From assembly GCA_040954595.2 (NCBI GenBank), contig CM082592.2, forward strand, positions 1,798,001 to 1,862,000: a DNA stretch of 64,000 nt, given 5' to 3'. The notes beneath the pieces are model-generated. The model did not search any database. It had not been told where the DNA came from and worked only from the letters and a program-made list of their open reading frames with translations. The translations under genes and the position numbers were made by a program. Below, in pieces: positions 13,246-26,638 of the stretch; the first letter of the stretch is position 1, and each line of letters opens with the position of its first letter. Source of the stretch: Balanoglossus misakiensis. Taxonomy: Eukaryota; Animalia; Hemichordata.

Positions 13246-14276
13246 CAGTAATTGTTAGTGTGATCACTCTACGTATGGTATAATTGGCATAAACAGAAGT
13301 TTCAAAAAAAGCTTTTTCTGAAATTTTCTCCAGTGATGCCTCATGCTAATATCTCAATCCAGCAGGTTATTTGGATTTTTCGATCGAATCATTGTAAGAT
13401 GATAGTTCATGGCTTTCTGATGCATAGAGTTTGAGCCTGAAAACATTGGTGATATTTTCCATTGATCTGTTCTATGCTCAACCAACTTCAGTATCCTCAG
13501 GCCCCATCTTCAGGTTTGCAAATGGAGACCAATTACATCTCATAGTGTAAGTGCCTTCGCTACTGAAAACTAGTCTCGGTTACCCAGAGCCCTCTGCTTC
13601 TTCCGTTGGGAACTCCAGAAAGAGGGTCTGGGGAAACCCAATAGAAAACTCTCCGGGCAAATCCAGCGCTAAATTGTTTACCTGCTTATAATTGAGCACA
13701 TAATTGCTAATAATCAGCACCTATGGATGCGAATATAAAATGTTTAGCAAATAATGATAAAAATAGTCAATAATACTAAATAACAAAAAGCATTAATCGA
13801 ATTATTTTAGTTTTGGCGGGGATCTCACCCCATATATGTAGAGTCAATATCAGATGTTGATATTATTGAGCGATCTGGTCTGCTTGACAAATTAGACAGA
13901 GGGGATCTTGTGCTTGCTGATCGAGGGTTCACTATCTCAAAGAAACACTAGCAGAAAGTGGCGTTGACCTGAATATTCCTCCCTTTTCAAATGGAAGAGA
14001 GAAAATAACACCGAATGAAGAAAAAAAAATTGCAAGAGTGGATATCAATGTTGAAAGGAGTATGAAGAGAGTAAAAAAGTTCAGACTATTCAGAAAGGTG
14101 ATCCCACTATCTTTACATCCAGTGTTCTCGCAAATGGTATTTGTAGCAGGCTCCCAAGTAAACTTTCGAGAACCTTTAGTGAAGTAGGAATTTATGTACT
14201 GTGTCAGATTGGGTGGAGTGTATAATCATTACGGCTTCTCAAGGGCAATTCAATTTATTTTTTGGGGGTATGACCA

Positions 14277-15375
14277 TTGGGTATTGTTCAAAGGTCATTA
14301 ATTTCCATTGGCGTGCAAAATTTAGATCTTGCGACAGATGTATACATGGCTACAGTTGCTGGAGCTCCATGTGGGGAAAGTAGCATAAAGCTTCACAGAG
14401 GGTGCAAAGATAACCATCTGCAACAGCGCAGACAAGCATTAAACACAGGCCTCCATGGGAAGAAAAAGGAAAAGGCCGCTCTGAGATCAGCAAATTCCCA
14501 GCTTTTTGACTATTTCGTGAAAATTATGAGGATGCACCATCATCACAGCAATCATCAGTCTAGTTTGCCATTGCCTGATAAATGTATCCTTTTCCTCAAG
14601 CCAGGCATGATTCAAGGTTGCCCACATCCTGTGTGCATGGGAGACACAGACCCTGCTTCAAGATGGTTGGATGAATAGCCGGAATTCCCCTACCCATAAA
14701 GGAAGGACCCAGAATGGCCATGAGGAGGGGGGGGGGGGTGGTAGCACATGTTATGCATGTGTTGGTGTTTGTAGCGGATATTACTTGCCACCAGAAAAGT
14801 AATTTGATGTTTGGAAGTCTCAGCGTAATTACATACACGTTTGCCAAACCCCATATGAGGTTATTAGATTATCCTTAGAAACCTCAACAAAAGAAAACAT
14901 TGAATTGATCAGTGATCTGCAGAAGGTGAGACAATTGGCAGAAAAAACACTGTTGTCAGTAAGTGAGGTGATAATGTGGCTGCAACATTTAACAGATATA
15001 CACAATAGAAGAATTAAAGGGGTGAAGAAAGCAGCTGCCACACGAAAAACGAGGAAATATCGTGTATGTGTGGTAGAGCCGATGGTGGAAAACATGGTAC
15101 AGTGTGAAGGTCACTGTACCATGAGTTACCATTATAGTTGTGCTGATTTATCAGATATTCCCAGTGGTACATGGACATATGCGAAATGTGTAGCCAACAG
15201 GAATTTGATGAAAGCTCAAGTGGTGATAAAACAATCTGTGTTTGTGGCAAACCAAATTCATTTGAAAGGATGATTGGTTGTGATTGCCCAGTTTGTTGGT
15301 ATCATTTTTCTTGTGCCACCATAACTGTGCCTCCCAGAGGAAAGTTGTATTGTCAAAATTTTAATAAGAAACCTG
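14277..15375 (+). pseudogene. Frameshifted TE-associated ORF with two C-terminal PHD fingers
   Basis: MVQCEGHCTMSYHYSC..W and ICVCGKP..MIGCDCPVCWYHFSC..PRGKLYC (PHD C4HC3-like). Upstream Cys-rich and basic segments are in shifting frames. Confidence 0.65.
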
Positions 15376-15556
15376 GAAAAATCGCGTCAAGGACATGGTG
15401 GTCCCATTTAGGGATTACACAAGAAAAAAGTCTACATCAGAGTTATATATACAGACAGACGCACACACACACATAGAGAGATTGTCAGGCAAACACTGAC
15501 TGAACCATAAGCTGCCAGTGGCATGTGCACTGTAAGTACACCAAATAGAACATCTG

Positions 15557-16014
15557 GGCTGCGTTTGGGTGCACCGTTCTTGCGATTGGAATCACGCCCT
15601 CATCGTTACAATACGATACATGTTCTCGTTACGGTCGCCCATACGAAAGCAACTTTGTTCTCCAATATGACGAAGGTGTACCACATTCATTTTCCCTAAA
15701 TACAACTTACAAGAAAACAAGTGAAGCCACAGAAATAAGAAACAACTGGAATATCATGAAAGTGTGTTGACTTTACTCACCACTTTGAATTTTATCAGCA
15801 TTCCGCCGACCAGTGCGTATTGTATACGTTTTATCATTGTAAACAACGTCCATATTGGAACTTTCCGTGTTTGCCGCCATCTTGTTCTCGTCTGCTCCCA
15901 GGTTTTTGCAGGAGTACGTTCTCGACTCGAGAACAGCCCTCGGCAATTTTCCGAATCTTAATCGAAGTCATTCGGGTCGTTCTCGAGTCAAGAACAGCGC
16001 ACCCAAACGCACCC
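15557..16014. mobile_element. PIF/Harbinger-type MITE
   Basis: TIR ggctgcgtttgggtgcaccgttctt / aagaacagcgcacccaaacgcaccc with 3-bp TSD CTG. An empty site is visible in the paralogous repeat at ~28,350. Confidence 0.85.
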
Positions 16015-16231
16015 CTGGTCTCTTTAACAGTTAGCCAGTTATGTAAACATGCAGGAATTTGCTGAGTACACAAATCTCAGGAGGGGGTTCCTATATACTA
16101 GTAGTTGCTGTTCTTGAGATTATTTTTTTTATGGTATAAGACAAAATAGCACACAAAACAAAAAAGTTCTGAATTACCTGTTATTTGATTCCATTATAAT
16201 GCTAAAATAGCCAATCACATTACTTACAACT

Positions 16232-18151
16232 CAAGCCAATTGTTGCAAAATTCAATAAAACCATTTTTGTGTTCATGAAAACCATTTTTATGTTCATACA
16301 ATTTATCAACACTAGATGGCGCTATGCAATGCTCTTTGCCTATAATGCATAGTTGTGGCGGGGCCCCTTTAGGAAGGGGTCACATGGACCCAAACATCCT
16401 GAGGACTAGCGTCTGTATCATAAAGAAAACAGGGCTTATTATTTGAATGTTACCAATCCTTTATTAAAGTTAATCATGTATATCCTGTGTCCACTTGATT
16501 GATGAACAAAATTTGAGATTCCCTTCAAGGGGATACCAGTTAGATCAAAATTCCCAGCAATGAGTATAAGGGCTTTGTTGTGTCAATCGCATGGTTATGC
16601 GTTGGCAAAGTGGACAACACAAGGGTAGATGTTACTAATACAGAACCAGGAGCACAACAAGAGACAAGAGTACCAAGTAAATACAGAGGTACACTTACAT
16701 ATAGAAAATGTAGCAAAAAACATAAAAGCCGTAATTATAAGTACCGCTATGTACAGTAACATAGTCTTATTATCTATAAATACATGTACATCTTTAGCCC
16801 CATAATTTATTAAATGAACGGGATGGGGGATTTTTGGAGAGAAAAATGCTAGCAGATGGTGCGGAGGAAACAATTTCTGTTATATTAATGATTTGAGAAA
16901 AATATGTTCAAACATAGATTGTCACATAAGATGGTAAATCTCACTTGTATTTTTTGAGTATTTTTGTCATTTAAATTGATGTTACACATGGGCTTAAATA
17001 TTCACAAAAATTGAGCATATCATTTGCTTTTTTAGCTGGCATTCATGCGATAAATGTATATTTTGTATTTAGAGTAACACACATGATATACAAATCCTCC
17101 ACCCTCTCCAGTACATTATAGTGTTGCAATAAAGAAATCTAATAATAAATTAATATGATAAGTCAATACAATGGTTGGTAGAATTGGTAAAACAAAAGAA
17201 GTGTGGGAGGGGGTGTAAAATACGGAGCTCAAAGTTGCATTTTAAGGAACTCAAAAACAAATCAACTCAATGTATTGTTAGCATCGGTGGGGGTTGGGTG
17301 ACATGTACTATGCCCTGGTACACTAGATAAACCAGGTAATAAATGAAATGTGGTGCAGAATGATGGAGGAGGGTTTAGAAAATTTTGTAAATAAAGGGCT
17401 CGAAACTGCATTTTTGTAGACTCCAAACAAAGCGTTGGGGGGGTGGGGGGGGGGGGCAAATCATATAACCCCCCCTAAACCTTTCGAAAAAAAGATGACC
17501 CCCACCCTTTTGGATGTCAAAATAAGCACAGGCTTGTATAAATAAATTTATAATATATCAATTGCACCAGGAAATTGGCTTAAAGTAGAGTGGTTTGGCA
17601 CAGTAACCCACCTTGCTGCACTTATGTAGCCCAACAACTCCCCATGACAACAATTTCTATACCTGAGCATTTTTACTCTAGCCGCTATAAACGATCCTGA
17701 ATTTTAAGTCAAATGCTGCATCCATTTTCGGACAACTCTCAGTTTTGGCTTAAATACGAATGTTTACTGATTAAAGACGAATGCAATTGATCAACCTCTA
17801 AATGAAATGTGTGACATTTTGCAAACGATAAAACTGTATCTGAATCCGAAGACGAATCCCACTCAGCATCGTCTGCTTGAAATATTACAGAGCGCCATCT
17901 AGTGTCGAAAAGTGTATGCTTTAAATATTGCAGAGCGCCATCTAGTGTTGAAAAAGAGTATGCTTTAAATATTGCAGAGCGCCATCTAGTGTTGAAAAAG
18001 TGTATCAACATAAACATGGTTTTCATGAACACAAAAATGTATTTGTTGAGACAAAAATGATTTTTATGAACTCAAACATAGATTTCATGAACACAAAAAT
18101 GTTTTTCATGAACGCAAAAATGTTTTATTGAATTTTGCAACACTTGGCTTG
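16232..18151. mobile_element. Putative foldback element with ~100-bp imperfect IRs and ~21- and ~41-bp internal tandem repeats
   Basis: caagccaa(t/g)tgttgcaaaattcaataaaac..acactagatggcgc at 16232 is inverted at ~17,890-18,151. No TSD recognised. Confidence 0.5.
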
Positions 18152-18315
18152 CCATATTTTTGCTGAGGTAACCATTTAGGTTCATGACTAAGTTTGGTTA
18201 AGAATCCATAAAACACACGTTTTACACAATGAATGAATTTCCTTAGAATTTCACAGCTGTGACAGATCTTGCAGTTATACAAAAAAAGTGTATTTTTCTG
18301 ATGGCAATGCATTTG

Positions 18316-19450
18316 CAACAACGGCTTCTAAACTTAATGGATTGTCTCTCTTCTACGAATCAGCAATTTCATTTTTAACCAGAACATGGCACTGATATGG
18401 CCATTTTTTTGTATTGAAGAAAATTCTGACTTATTATAAACATCATAACATGCATGTTTTTGTTACTTTAATGAACACCTCAAAAGTGTTCGACTATGTT
18501 CATCACTATGTTCTTTTTCAGAAATTGATGACAAGTGGGGTTAAGCCTTACTTAATACAATTTTGTTATATTTGTATACACTTCAAGATTTTGTTGTTAA
18601 ATGGAACGGCTCTATACTGCACCATTCCAGTCCAAAAAAGATGTTTAAACAGGACGGAATTTCATCTACGATTTCTTTCAAAGTGTACTTAGATGATCTC
18701 AGTAGGAATTTGTCAAACCTTCTGTTCGGATGACTTCATGGCGATTACAAGGTGAACCAATTCATTTACGCTGACGATACAGTTATTTTCTTCACTGGAG
18801 GCTAGTGTCACCAAGTGTTAGTTAATTGCTGTGGTTTTTCAATAAGAAAAAAAGACAGTGTTTATGCTAATTCAACCTGGTGTTGGGTAACTTAAAATAG
18901 TTCCAATTTATTGAAATGGTAGACTACTAAGTTATTTTAATGTTCACAAATATCTTGGTCATTTTAATATCTTTAATATCTTGTAGCCTTAAAGATATTA
19001 ACGCTGTCATTCGGGATTTTAAATTTGCATCTTTATCGGTCAAGTGTCATTTATTTTCTGTTTTTTTTTGCAATATTCTGTTCAGTTCTTATTTGTGGTG
19101 TAATTTTTCTATGAAAATGTTTTATACCGCTAGCAAATTCTCCGATATTTCGTAAATTAACAGGTTTCAAATATAGTCATGTTCAAAGTAATACTTTATT
19201 GCTTGATAATCTACATGTTTTAACTTTTGATGAGATACTTAGGAAAAAGTCATATAGTTTAATAAGCAAGTTTCAACTTTCTAGTACTTTGATCGTGTCT
19301 TCTGTACTGTCCAAGTCTATTTTTTTCAAATATTTTATTATAGAACGTTTGATGTCAAAGAATATTTTAACTTGTAGTATTTTTTTCTAACTTTTTTACC
19401 TGCTATGGACTATTTTTTATCCGAGATAAACATGAACAATAATTAATTTG
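18316..19450 (+). mobile_element. Old non-LTR retrotransposon RT remnant (RTE-X/CR1-like); mirrored at ~54,536-55,695
   Basis: TSKVFDYVHHYVLFQKL and FIYADDTVI motifs. An empty site is present in the paralogous segment at ~33,510. Confidence 0.7.
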
Positions 19451-20489
19451 ACTGTAAACAAATATTGTCGTCCATTAATAGCGCTATTTTGTCAGTGAAA
19501 TGGCTTCATCATTATCCCTCCAACCAAAGTTGAAACAGAGTTAAATATGCACTGCTTGAAATCATAAAATGTTGCAAAATTGAACCAAAAGTTCGGACAA
19601 CGATCAAGTTCTTACAGCTATTATTAGAACCAGACTGTCTCAGGGAACAAGAGACATGGACCTGATTTGCATTCCGAGTTGGAAGTGACTTTGCCTGCCA
19701 ACGGACCCGCCAATTTCAGTGAATCTTATCGTATTAAAAATGAATATGGAGAACTGTCCTCTGTGTTTGTATTGTTAGCCTGCATAGCTGCATGCATAGC
19801 TGTTGTCGTTCTAGTTTGTTTTTTCTGTACACCTAAATTTCCTGGGCGATGAGCATGCTGAATTTATCCGATGCTTCTCACCAGCAGAAGGACCACAAAA
19901 TGCAGATTTCTACGGCACAAGGGAATTATATACTTTGCGTTCAAATATAAATCCTGTTAAATTCTTCTATAAATTCTATATTGAGGATTCAAAAGTATTA
20001 TGACTGTTAATGTCAGTACCTGTATCTCAAAAAGCATGCTGTCAGTGTGCGTGTGATTGTGATCAATATCATATTTTCAAAATTTGCAGTGTGCCAGTTC
20101 AACACAGTTCGTGAGGATGGTAAAGCACGTGTGAATTTCAATTCATGATGAAAGTGGGCCATGGCTGCCACATTAGCAAATGATGGCTTACATTAAAATT
20201 TTCATAGGCACAGAGGCAACGGTTTCAGAGAAAAGTACGGCCGAAAAAAGACTCAAGAAGAAAGAAGAAAAACTCCAGCAATAACAGAAGAGGGCACTTG
20301 GGCCCCTAATAAGACTGCATATCTCATAGGAGATAATCCATTAAGAAGAATTACGAGAAAATCATTTCAATTCTATCAGGAACATAACATTTTAAAACAT
20401 ACACATAGACATGTATACACACATAGAGAAGTCAACGTGTACATACAATTTTCAGTGGGGGTTCCTACTTAATTGCAAAGAACAATGTA

Positions 20490-21390
20490 AAGGTTATTTC
20501 TCCAGAGTGACCTAAATCATCTATCCCAATGGAGCAACGATTGGCTGCTCAAATATCACCCTGACAAGTGCAAAGTTTACCAATTCACAGCAAAAATAAG
20601 TCAACAAATACTACTCCTTTCCATTATGTGCCGTCCACATGGACCAAATACCACTTTAGAAGTTGTCAAGTATGAAAAATACATTGGCGTCAAATTTTGA
20701 GAAGCGCATCCAAACCCAAGTGAACATAGCCAATAAAATTGTTGGACTCATCAGGAGAACTTTCAACTATCTCAATAACGACATTTTCAAGCTACTATTT
20801 ATAGCTTTAGTTCGCCCTATTCTGGAATATGGCAGTTGTGTGTAACATAAAGCATAGGACATTGACTTGTGACTGTATTGAGAACGTTCACGCAGAGCAA
20901 CCAAACTGCTGCCTGGACTCAAAAATCTTTCTTATGAAGAACGTCTCAAGTTACTTGATCTGCCATCTCTGACATATTGAAGACTACGTGGTGACCTCAT
21001 TGAAACTTTTAAAATCTTGAGTGGTGTATATGACTGCCGTGTATGAGGACTATTCAGTCTCAGTTCACACAAACACACCAGAGGTCATCCGTTTAAAGTT
21101 GACATAGGACACTGCAAAATGAACACTAGAAAAATTTTTTTTTTCACAAATAGGATAGCTGCAATTTGGAACAATCTACCAGACCATGTTGTCACCGCAA
21201 ACTCTGTGAACTCTTTCAAGAATCGTGTTGACAAATTTTTGGCAAAACAGCCCATGAAATACAACTACTCCGAACCCTACGTCATGCAAACCAGATCCGA
21301 CAAAACTACTTCAAGGATGGACTGAAGTGGAGCTGAATATAGAAGCTCACAAGACTGCGTTCAGTACCTGCCCAGAACCTAACCTAACCC
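20490..21390 (+). mobile_element. CR1-type LINE 3' fragment; mirrored at ~52,604-53,505
   Basis: LQSDL..WSNDWLL..PDKCKV, ANKIVGLIRRTF..LVRPILEY, LSYEERLKLLDLPSL, LRGDLIETFKIL, TRGH, FTNRIAAIWNNLP; (CCTAA)n tail. Confidence 0.9.
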
Positions 21391-22330
21391 ATAATAACAT
21401 ATTTGTGGTATAAGATAATATAGCTAAATTGAGCTATGATTTAATTCCATTATAATTTTAAAGAAGAACATATCATTAACTTGCAACTAAAATTTTAAAT
21501 TTATCAGTCATGCACATTCTGATAAAAAGTTAGTTTTTTTATCAACATTCGAAAACATGCCCCAAAAATACAATATTTTCAGCAGACTTTTCATATATAT
21601 CACAGTAAGAATTCCCCTTGAAACTGCAAACAAAGTTGAAAAGCAATCACAGAAAAATGGCAAAATTTGCCAACAAAAAAAATATTGACACTTCCATCAA
21701 AGGGTTTTCTAAATATTCTTGAAAACACACCTAGGAACCTGGAAACCAAATTTCAAAAAAAAATATGGGTAAAGGTTTCCGAGTATTTGGCCAAAAAGGC
21801 AAAAATCGCTCCAAAAATATACTTCAAAAAAATGAAAATAATCTGTATAAGGTCTCAATAAAATACAATGTACACACCAATTTCTAAAGCAATCTGACCA
21901 GCACCTTCTTATGTTTCTGAGTTTTGACCAAGTTCACATGGGTCCCAATGGTATACGAAATGGGACCCAAAGAGTAAAACACTTGTTAAAGATTTTACAA
22001 CTACAGGCTCACAAGATGCCAAATTTTAGAAGTCTTTTTACTTGGTAAAAAAATTCCCACTGAGCCATATTGCTTGTATATGCATGGCTTTGTCATCTCT
22101 TGCCGATGCATACCACAATAGTTGTATACCCTTCATATGGGGGTTGATTAAAACAGCGAGGAACTCGTTTAATATCTAACTTCTTTATATTGCAACATAC
22201 AGCCACATTCATTTGTCCATAACATTTTCATGTATATCTATCAGTTAAGCTTATTTAGATTGAGCAATCTAAGATCGAAAGTTAAATCATGAAAATAATG
22301 AAAGATTGGCAACTTTGAGTTTGAGTCTAA

Positions 22331-24879
22331 TAGTGGAGCGGCCAAACCCCGATTTTCATATGGATTGTGCATTTTGTGATAAAAGCACCAAACTTGGCTC
22401 AGATGTGTGTTACTGTGTACTAAGCAAATTCAGATAGCGAGCCACTTAATATCTGTTAACGGGTAGCCATGGCAACCATTTTTCAAAATGGCCGCCACTA
22501 CATTTATCTTACCCACAAAATAACGACTAAAAACACCAAGGTAATTTCAGAGTATGATATTTGGAACTAGAAACTATAGAAAGGGTGATTTGCAAAATAT
22601 TTGCGGTCACCAAAATGGTTATAAATACATAATGAAGGATAAAATACAGTTTAACGTCTACAGTGGAGCGGCATAACAGATCAATTGTGTATTTGTGTTA
22701 AATTAAAAGCACCAAACTTGGCTCAGATGTGCGTTAATGTGTACTAAACAAATTCAGATAGCGAGCCACAATATCTGTTGATGAGTTTCCATGGCAACCA
22801 TTTCTTCATTTTTTTCACAAATGGCCGTCAATACAGATAATCTCACCCACAAAATAACAATTATAAAACACCACAAAACTGCTCAAAGGGTAATTTTCAA
22901 AATATTAAACATCACTAAACTAGTTATATGGGTAAATACAGGATCGAGATTCAGTCGCTAGAGAAATTCAAGTTTGGTAATAACCGCGGTTACAACAAAC
23001 TTAGTTAAAACACTGTATAACCATAGATATATTATAATAGTGGCCTGGCATAAACAAAATTTTCATAACATTTGTGCATTTTGTGATAAAAGTTTAACAA
23101 GTAAAGCTCAGTTGATTTGTTATTTTCCCCATAAAAATATCTTTGACGAACAAAATTCCAAATTTAGTCAACCCAGGAAAAAACGGCATCTTGTTTCTCA
23201 ACCTTAGAAATTGATCTGACCAGTTTGAGTCAGTGCAGAATCTGGCTTTTCTATTTTATCTTCATCAAATGATTCATGCAAATAAAGAATCACTTCCCCA
23301 TAAAATGATGGCAGAAAGTCAATATCAGGACAGTCGATTGGTTTGTTAAAGTTTCTATAGAAACTAACTATGTCTAGGTTGCATGTACATAGATAGATGT
23401 TAGGAATCAAAATCAAAATCTGTTTCAAACTATGTAAGTGCTTTGTCGCTTAAGTGCTCAAGTTATCGAAAATTTTAATCGAACCTTGATGATAGTCATC
23501 AGTTCTATTTTGACATGTTATTTTGTGTATTTTTGAACCCCAAAATCAAAGAATAAAATGATAAAGTGTAATTAAGCTTCAAAACACAAAAAGTCTTCAG
23601 GATCACAACTTTACTGTAAAGAGTAAGATTTCGCTTACTTCATGCTATTAAATGAAATGAAGTTTTCCGTAATATCTCTTGCAAAGTCGGATCTTTACAC
23701 ATTGAGATATTAGAATGGAAGTACATTCCAAGTGACTTGTTGTGAGCATCGGGCCACCTAATCCCAGAAAATTGCAATAAGACCCGCTTTTCCATTTACC
23801 AATCTAAAGGCCAACTGCTTGTATATTTAGTTGGGTTTCTTTAATTAACACACATTTTTGACAATATTCATGGCATGATGAACACTATTCTCGACAAATA
23901 AAATAATGTTGTGTCCTCCGGTGTAATTTTTATTAGTTTGGAATCAGACACCATTTATCTTTTGGTCAACTCTGTTAACAGTCGCCAAAATTGCTGGAGT
24001 CGAACTGATACATGATCTAAAGTATCAAGACATATGGTCGATTATTAACGTTTCAGCAGTTCGACTTAAGTTTCTTTAATTTCCTATGGCATTTTGACAA
24101 ACATCAATGCCCCGAAAAAAGTTTTCAACGCTGTGGTCGCTATTGTGGTCTAAACAAAGCCGACATTTTCGCATGGTTCGTTACCCGGGGTCCATTTAGA
24201 TTGCATTGCGTTTGAGGCCCTATGTGTATGTCTGTCGACCAATAAACGCGACGGCCGCGGACTCAGTTTGGATCAACGTCTATTTGGGCAGTGGACTCTC
24301 CTATCAAGTTGATAAGGAAATTTTACCAGTCACGAGTAAGCCAAGCCCACATCCGTGTGCAATTCGAATATATCGGTGATCTGTTTATGATTATCATTAG
24401 CTAAGGTGGTAAACTGTTGTGATTCATATGTGTAATTTACGTACTTCAAGTTAAATATCGCAATTAGCCTAATGTTTGACCATAGACAGTATGGTTTGAC
24501 TTCTAGAGGAGCACCTATTAATCCGAGAACAAAGGGATTAAAAGTTGCGCCTTTAAATTGTGTTTTGATAACTTACCTACCCCTATAAGTAGTTTAGTAA
24601 CCATAATATCTTTGCAAATTATTCTTCCCGCAGTTCCTTGTATCAAATACAGTAGTCCACATTTATTTCGGTGTTTACAGATGTTATTTGGTGGGTGAAA
24701 TTATCTGTATTGGCGGCCATTTTGAAAAAAATGGTTGCCATGGAAACTCATCAACAGATATTTAGTGGCTCGCTATCTGAATTTGTTTAGTACACATTAA
24801 CACACATCTGAGCCAAGTTTGGTGCTTTTATCACAAAATGCACAATCCATATGAAAATCGGGGTTTGGCCGCTCCACTA
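22331..24879. mobile_element. Non-autonomous DNA transposon with ~190-bp TIRs and 3-bp TAA TSD (Academ-like); arm 1 only
   Basis: tagtggagcggccaaacccc...ggggtttggccgctccacta flanked by TAA. Arm 2 has the empty site at ~51,660. An extra TIR copy lies at ~22,660-22,850. Family call is tentative. Confidence 0.8.
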
Positions 24880-25136
24880 TAAAGATATAATGATGACATT
24901 AAGGTTTTATTGAAATAACATGAGAACCTCTCTACTATTTGAAGCACTTAAGTTTAAAATGAAACACTTCCTTCTTCCCCTCAAACTTTTTTTCAAGAAT
25001 ATGTTCTACTCTGGGACAACAATTCTCGACCCCTTTACCAAATGTCAGGGACCAGATTTCTGTAAGCAAAATTACAAATGACTTTGCGGTGACTTTTTAC
25101 CTACACTCCCATATTGGGTAGTATGAAACACCGAAT

Positions 25137-26333
25137 GGCTTACCAGAAGGGTTAGAGATACAGTGTTTCATATTAACATGAATTAACATGAAACTAGAAT
25201 TTGATGGTTAATTTAGGACTGCCTTGATCTATGGTAAAATCATTAAATATGTGCATATATAATTCTAAGCTATCCAGTTGAGGTAGATCCCTAAACGTGG
25301 ACAACTTTGGGGTCCAAATTTGATGACAAAATTTTGGGTGATCTGGGTAAACTTTGACATACATTCCTATATCTTGGCATCCAAAGCTGATACATCCTTG
25401 ACATTTGGAGTGATGCAACTATGTAATGGAGTATTATGTCTCTTTTAGTCACAGTGCTTTTGCTGTGTTTTATATGTCTTTTATTAAGCCACATTAGATG
25501 TTTTTTCATACCACTATGGCTATGTTTGCCAGTACTTTTTACCTGGTCACACAACGTGTTCTCAAAATACTATGCATTCTTTATGAAGCATATACAGCAG
25601 ACAAAGTTGTGGTAAGACTGAACTTGCCCTTCTTTGTAATTAAAGCATGACTGGCCTGTCTTAGGTGGCCCCTACCTAGAGGCTTTACCCGTCATTGGCT
25701 CACAGTCTGAGAAATCAGCTCTGCAGGGAAGTTAACGATGTAACCCACCATTCAAGCTATTTCCGCTTTCTTTTTATTTGAAACCTGGCTGAGGCCTTCT
25801 TAGGATCTACCCAACGCTGAGTAGGCTATCCCGTCATTGGCACACAGTCTCAGGGAAGGGAAGTAAAAAGTTCAGCCTACCATTTAAGCCTTTATATTTT
25901 CCATTCTTTTCTAAGTGAAGCATGGCTGCTGTAGGAAAATGCTGATCTCAAATTCATTATGTCAAACAAAAGCCAGACTTTCAGCCATTTTGGTTAGCCT
26001 GGCATGAGTGCACAAAATTAATGAAGTAAGACATAATAGTCCATTACATAGTTCCATCAGTCCAAGTGTCATGGATGTATCTGCTCCGGATCCCAAAATA
26101 TAGGAATGTAGGGCAAAGTTTACCCAAGATTACCCAGGAGTTTGTCAAAAGATTTTGACCCCAAAGTTTGCCATGTCCAGGTTTCTACCTCCAATGGAAA
26201 GCCTAGAATTAGATATGCACATATTTATGAGGTCACCATAGATCAAGGGAGTCCTAAATTAACCATCAAATTCTAGTTTCATATTAATGCATGTTAATAT
26301 AAAACACTTTATCTCTAACCCTACTGGTGAGCC
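25137..26333. mobile_element. Old foldback/TIR element with ~300-bp imperfect IRs; mirrored at 50,207-51,403
   Basis: ggcttaccagaagggttagagata...tatctctaaccctactggtgagcc. No clear TSD. Confidence 0.6.
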
Positions 26334-26638
26334 TAGAATTAGGTACATTGTACATATACATGCGGAAGTTTTTGACAAGATAGCTAAGTTGTAAGATATG
26401 TACATGAACCTTGACAATTGACTTAAAATAACATAAAGGCATAATTGATACTGATTGGCGATAGATACTAATAACAACAGTGATGTTAATTACACTGGGA
26501 ATGTTTGTCTTATTACAGCTAATTGACTGATTGAGGTAGTGTAATGAAAGTGGCCATTTGTGATTCACCATCAAAGTACTATGCAAGTCTATGGTACGGT
26601 ATGGATTACACAAAGGATATATACATATGTGTAATTAA

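Larger units (their letters stand above)
10590..13834. mobile_element. IS3EU-like DNA transposon derivative with ~180-bp TIRs and a 6-bp TSD
   Basis: Ends tatggggtgagatccccgcc...ggcggggatctcaccccata; TSD tatgta at 10584-10589 and 13835-13840. TAY..RTA termini with a 6-bp TSD fit IS3EU (from memory). Confidence 0.75.
10520..14187 (+). pseudogene. ISL2EU/Harbinger-type (DDE_Tnp_4) transposase remnant split by the 10590-13834 insertion
   Basis: GISPSGALTFISDAY (~10540-10586) continues as VESISDVDIIERSGLLDKLDRGDLVLADRGFTI..NIPPF..IARVDINVERSMKRVKKF..NFREPLVK* (13838-14187). Confidence 0.85.

Noticed and set aside
10593-13831. Sola2/ISL2EU-type boundaries with an ATAT or AT TSD
   Set aside because: Only TAT..ATA ends with the 6-bp TATGTA duplication restore the host transposase sequence gca-tat-gta-gag without leftover bases.
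21377-21390. Telomeric (TTAGG)n seed
   Set aside because: Only ~2-3 units, at the 3' end of a CR1 fragment, consistent with a LINE tail.
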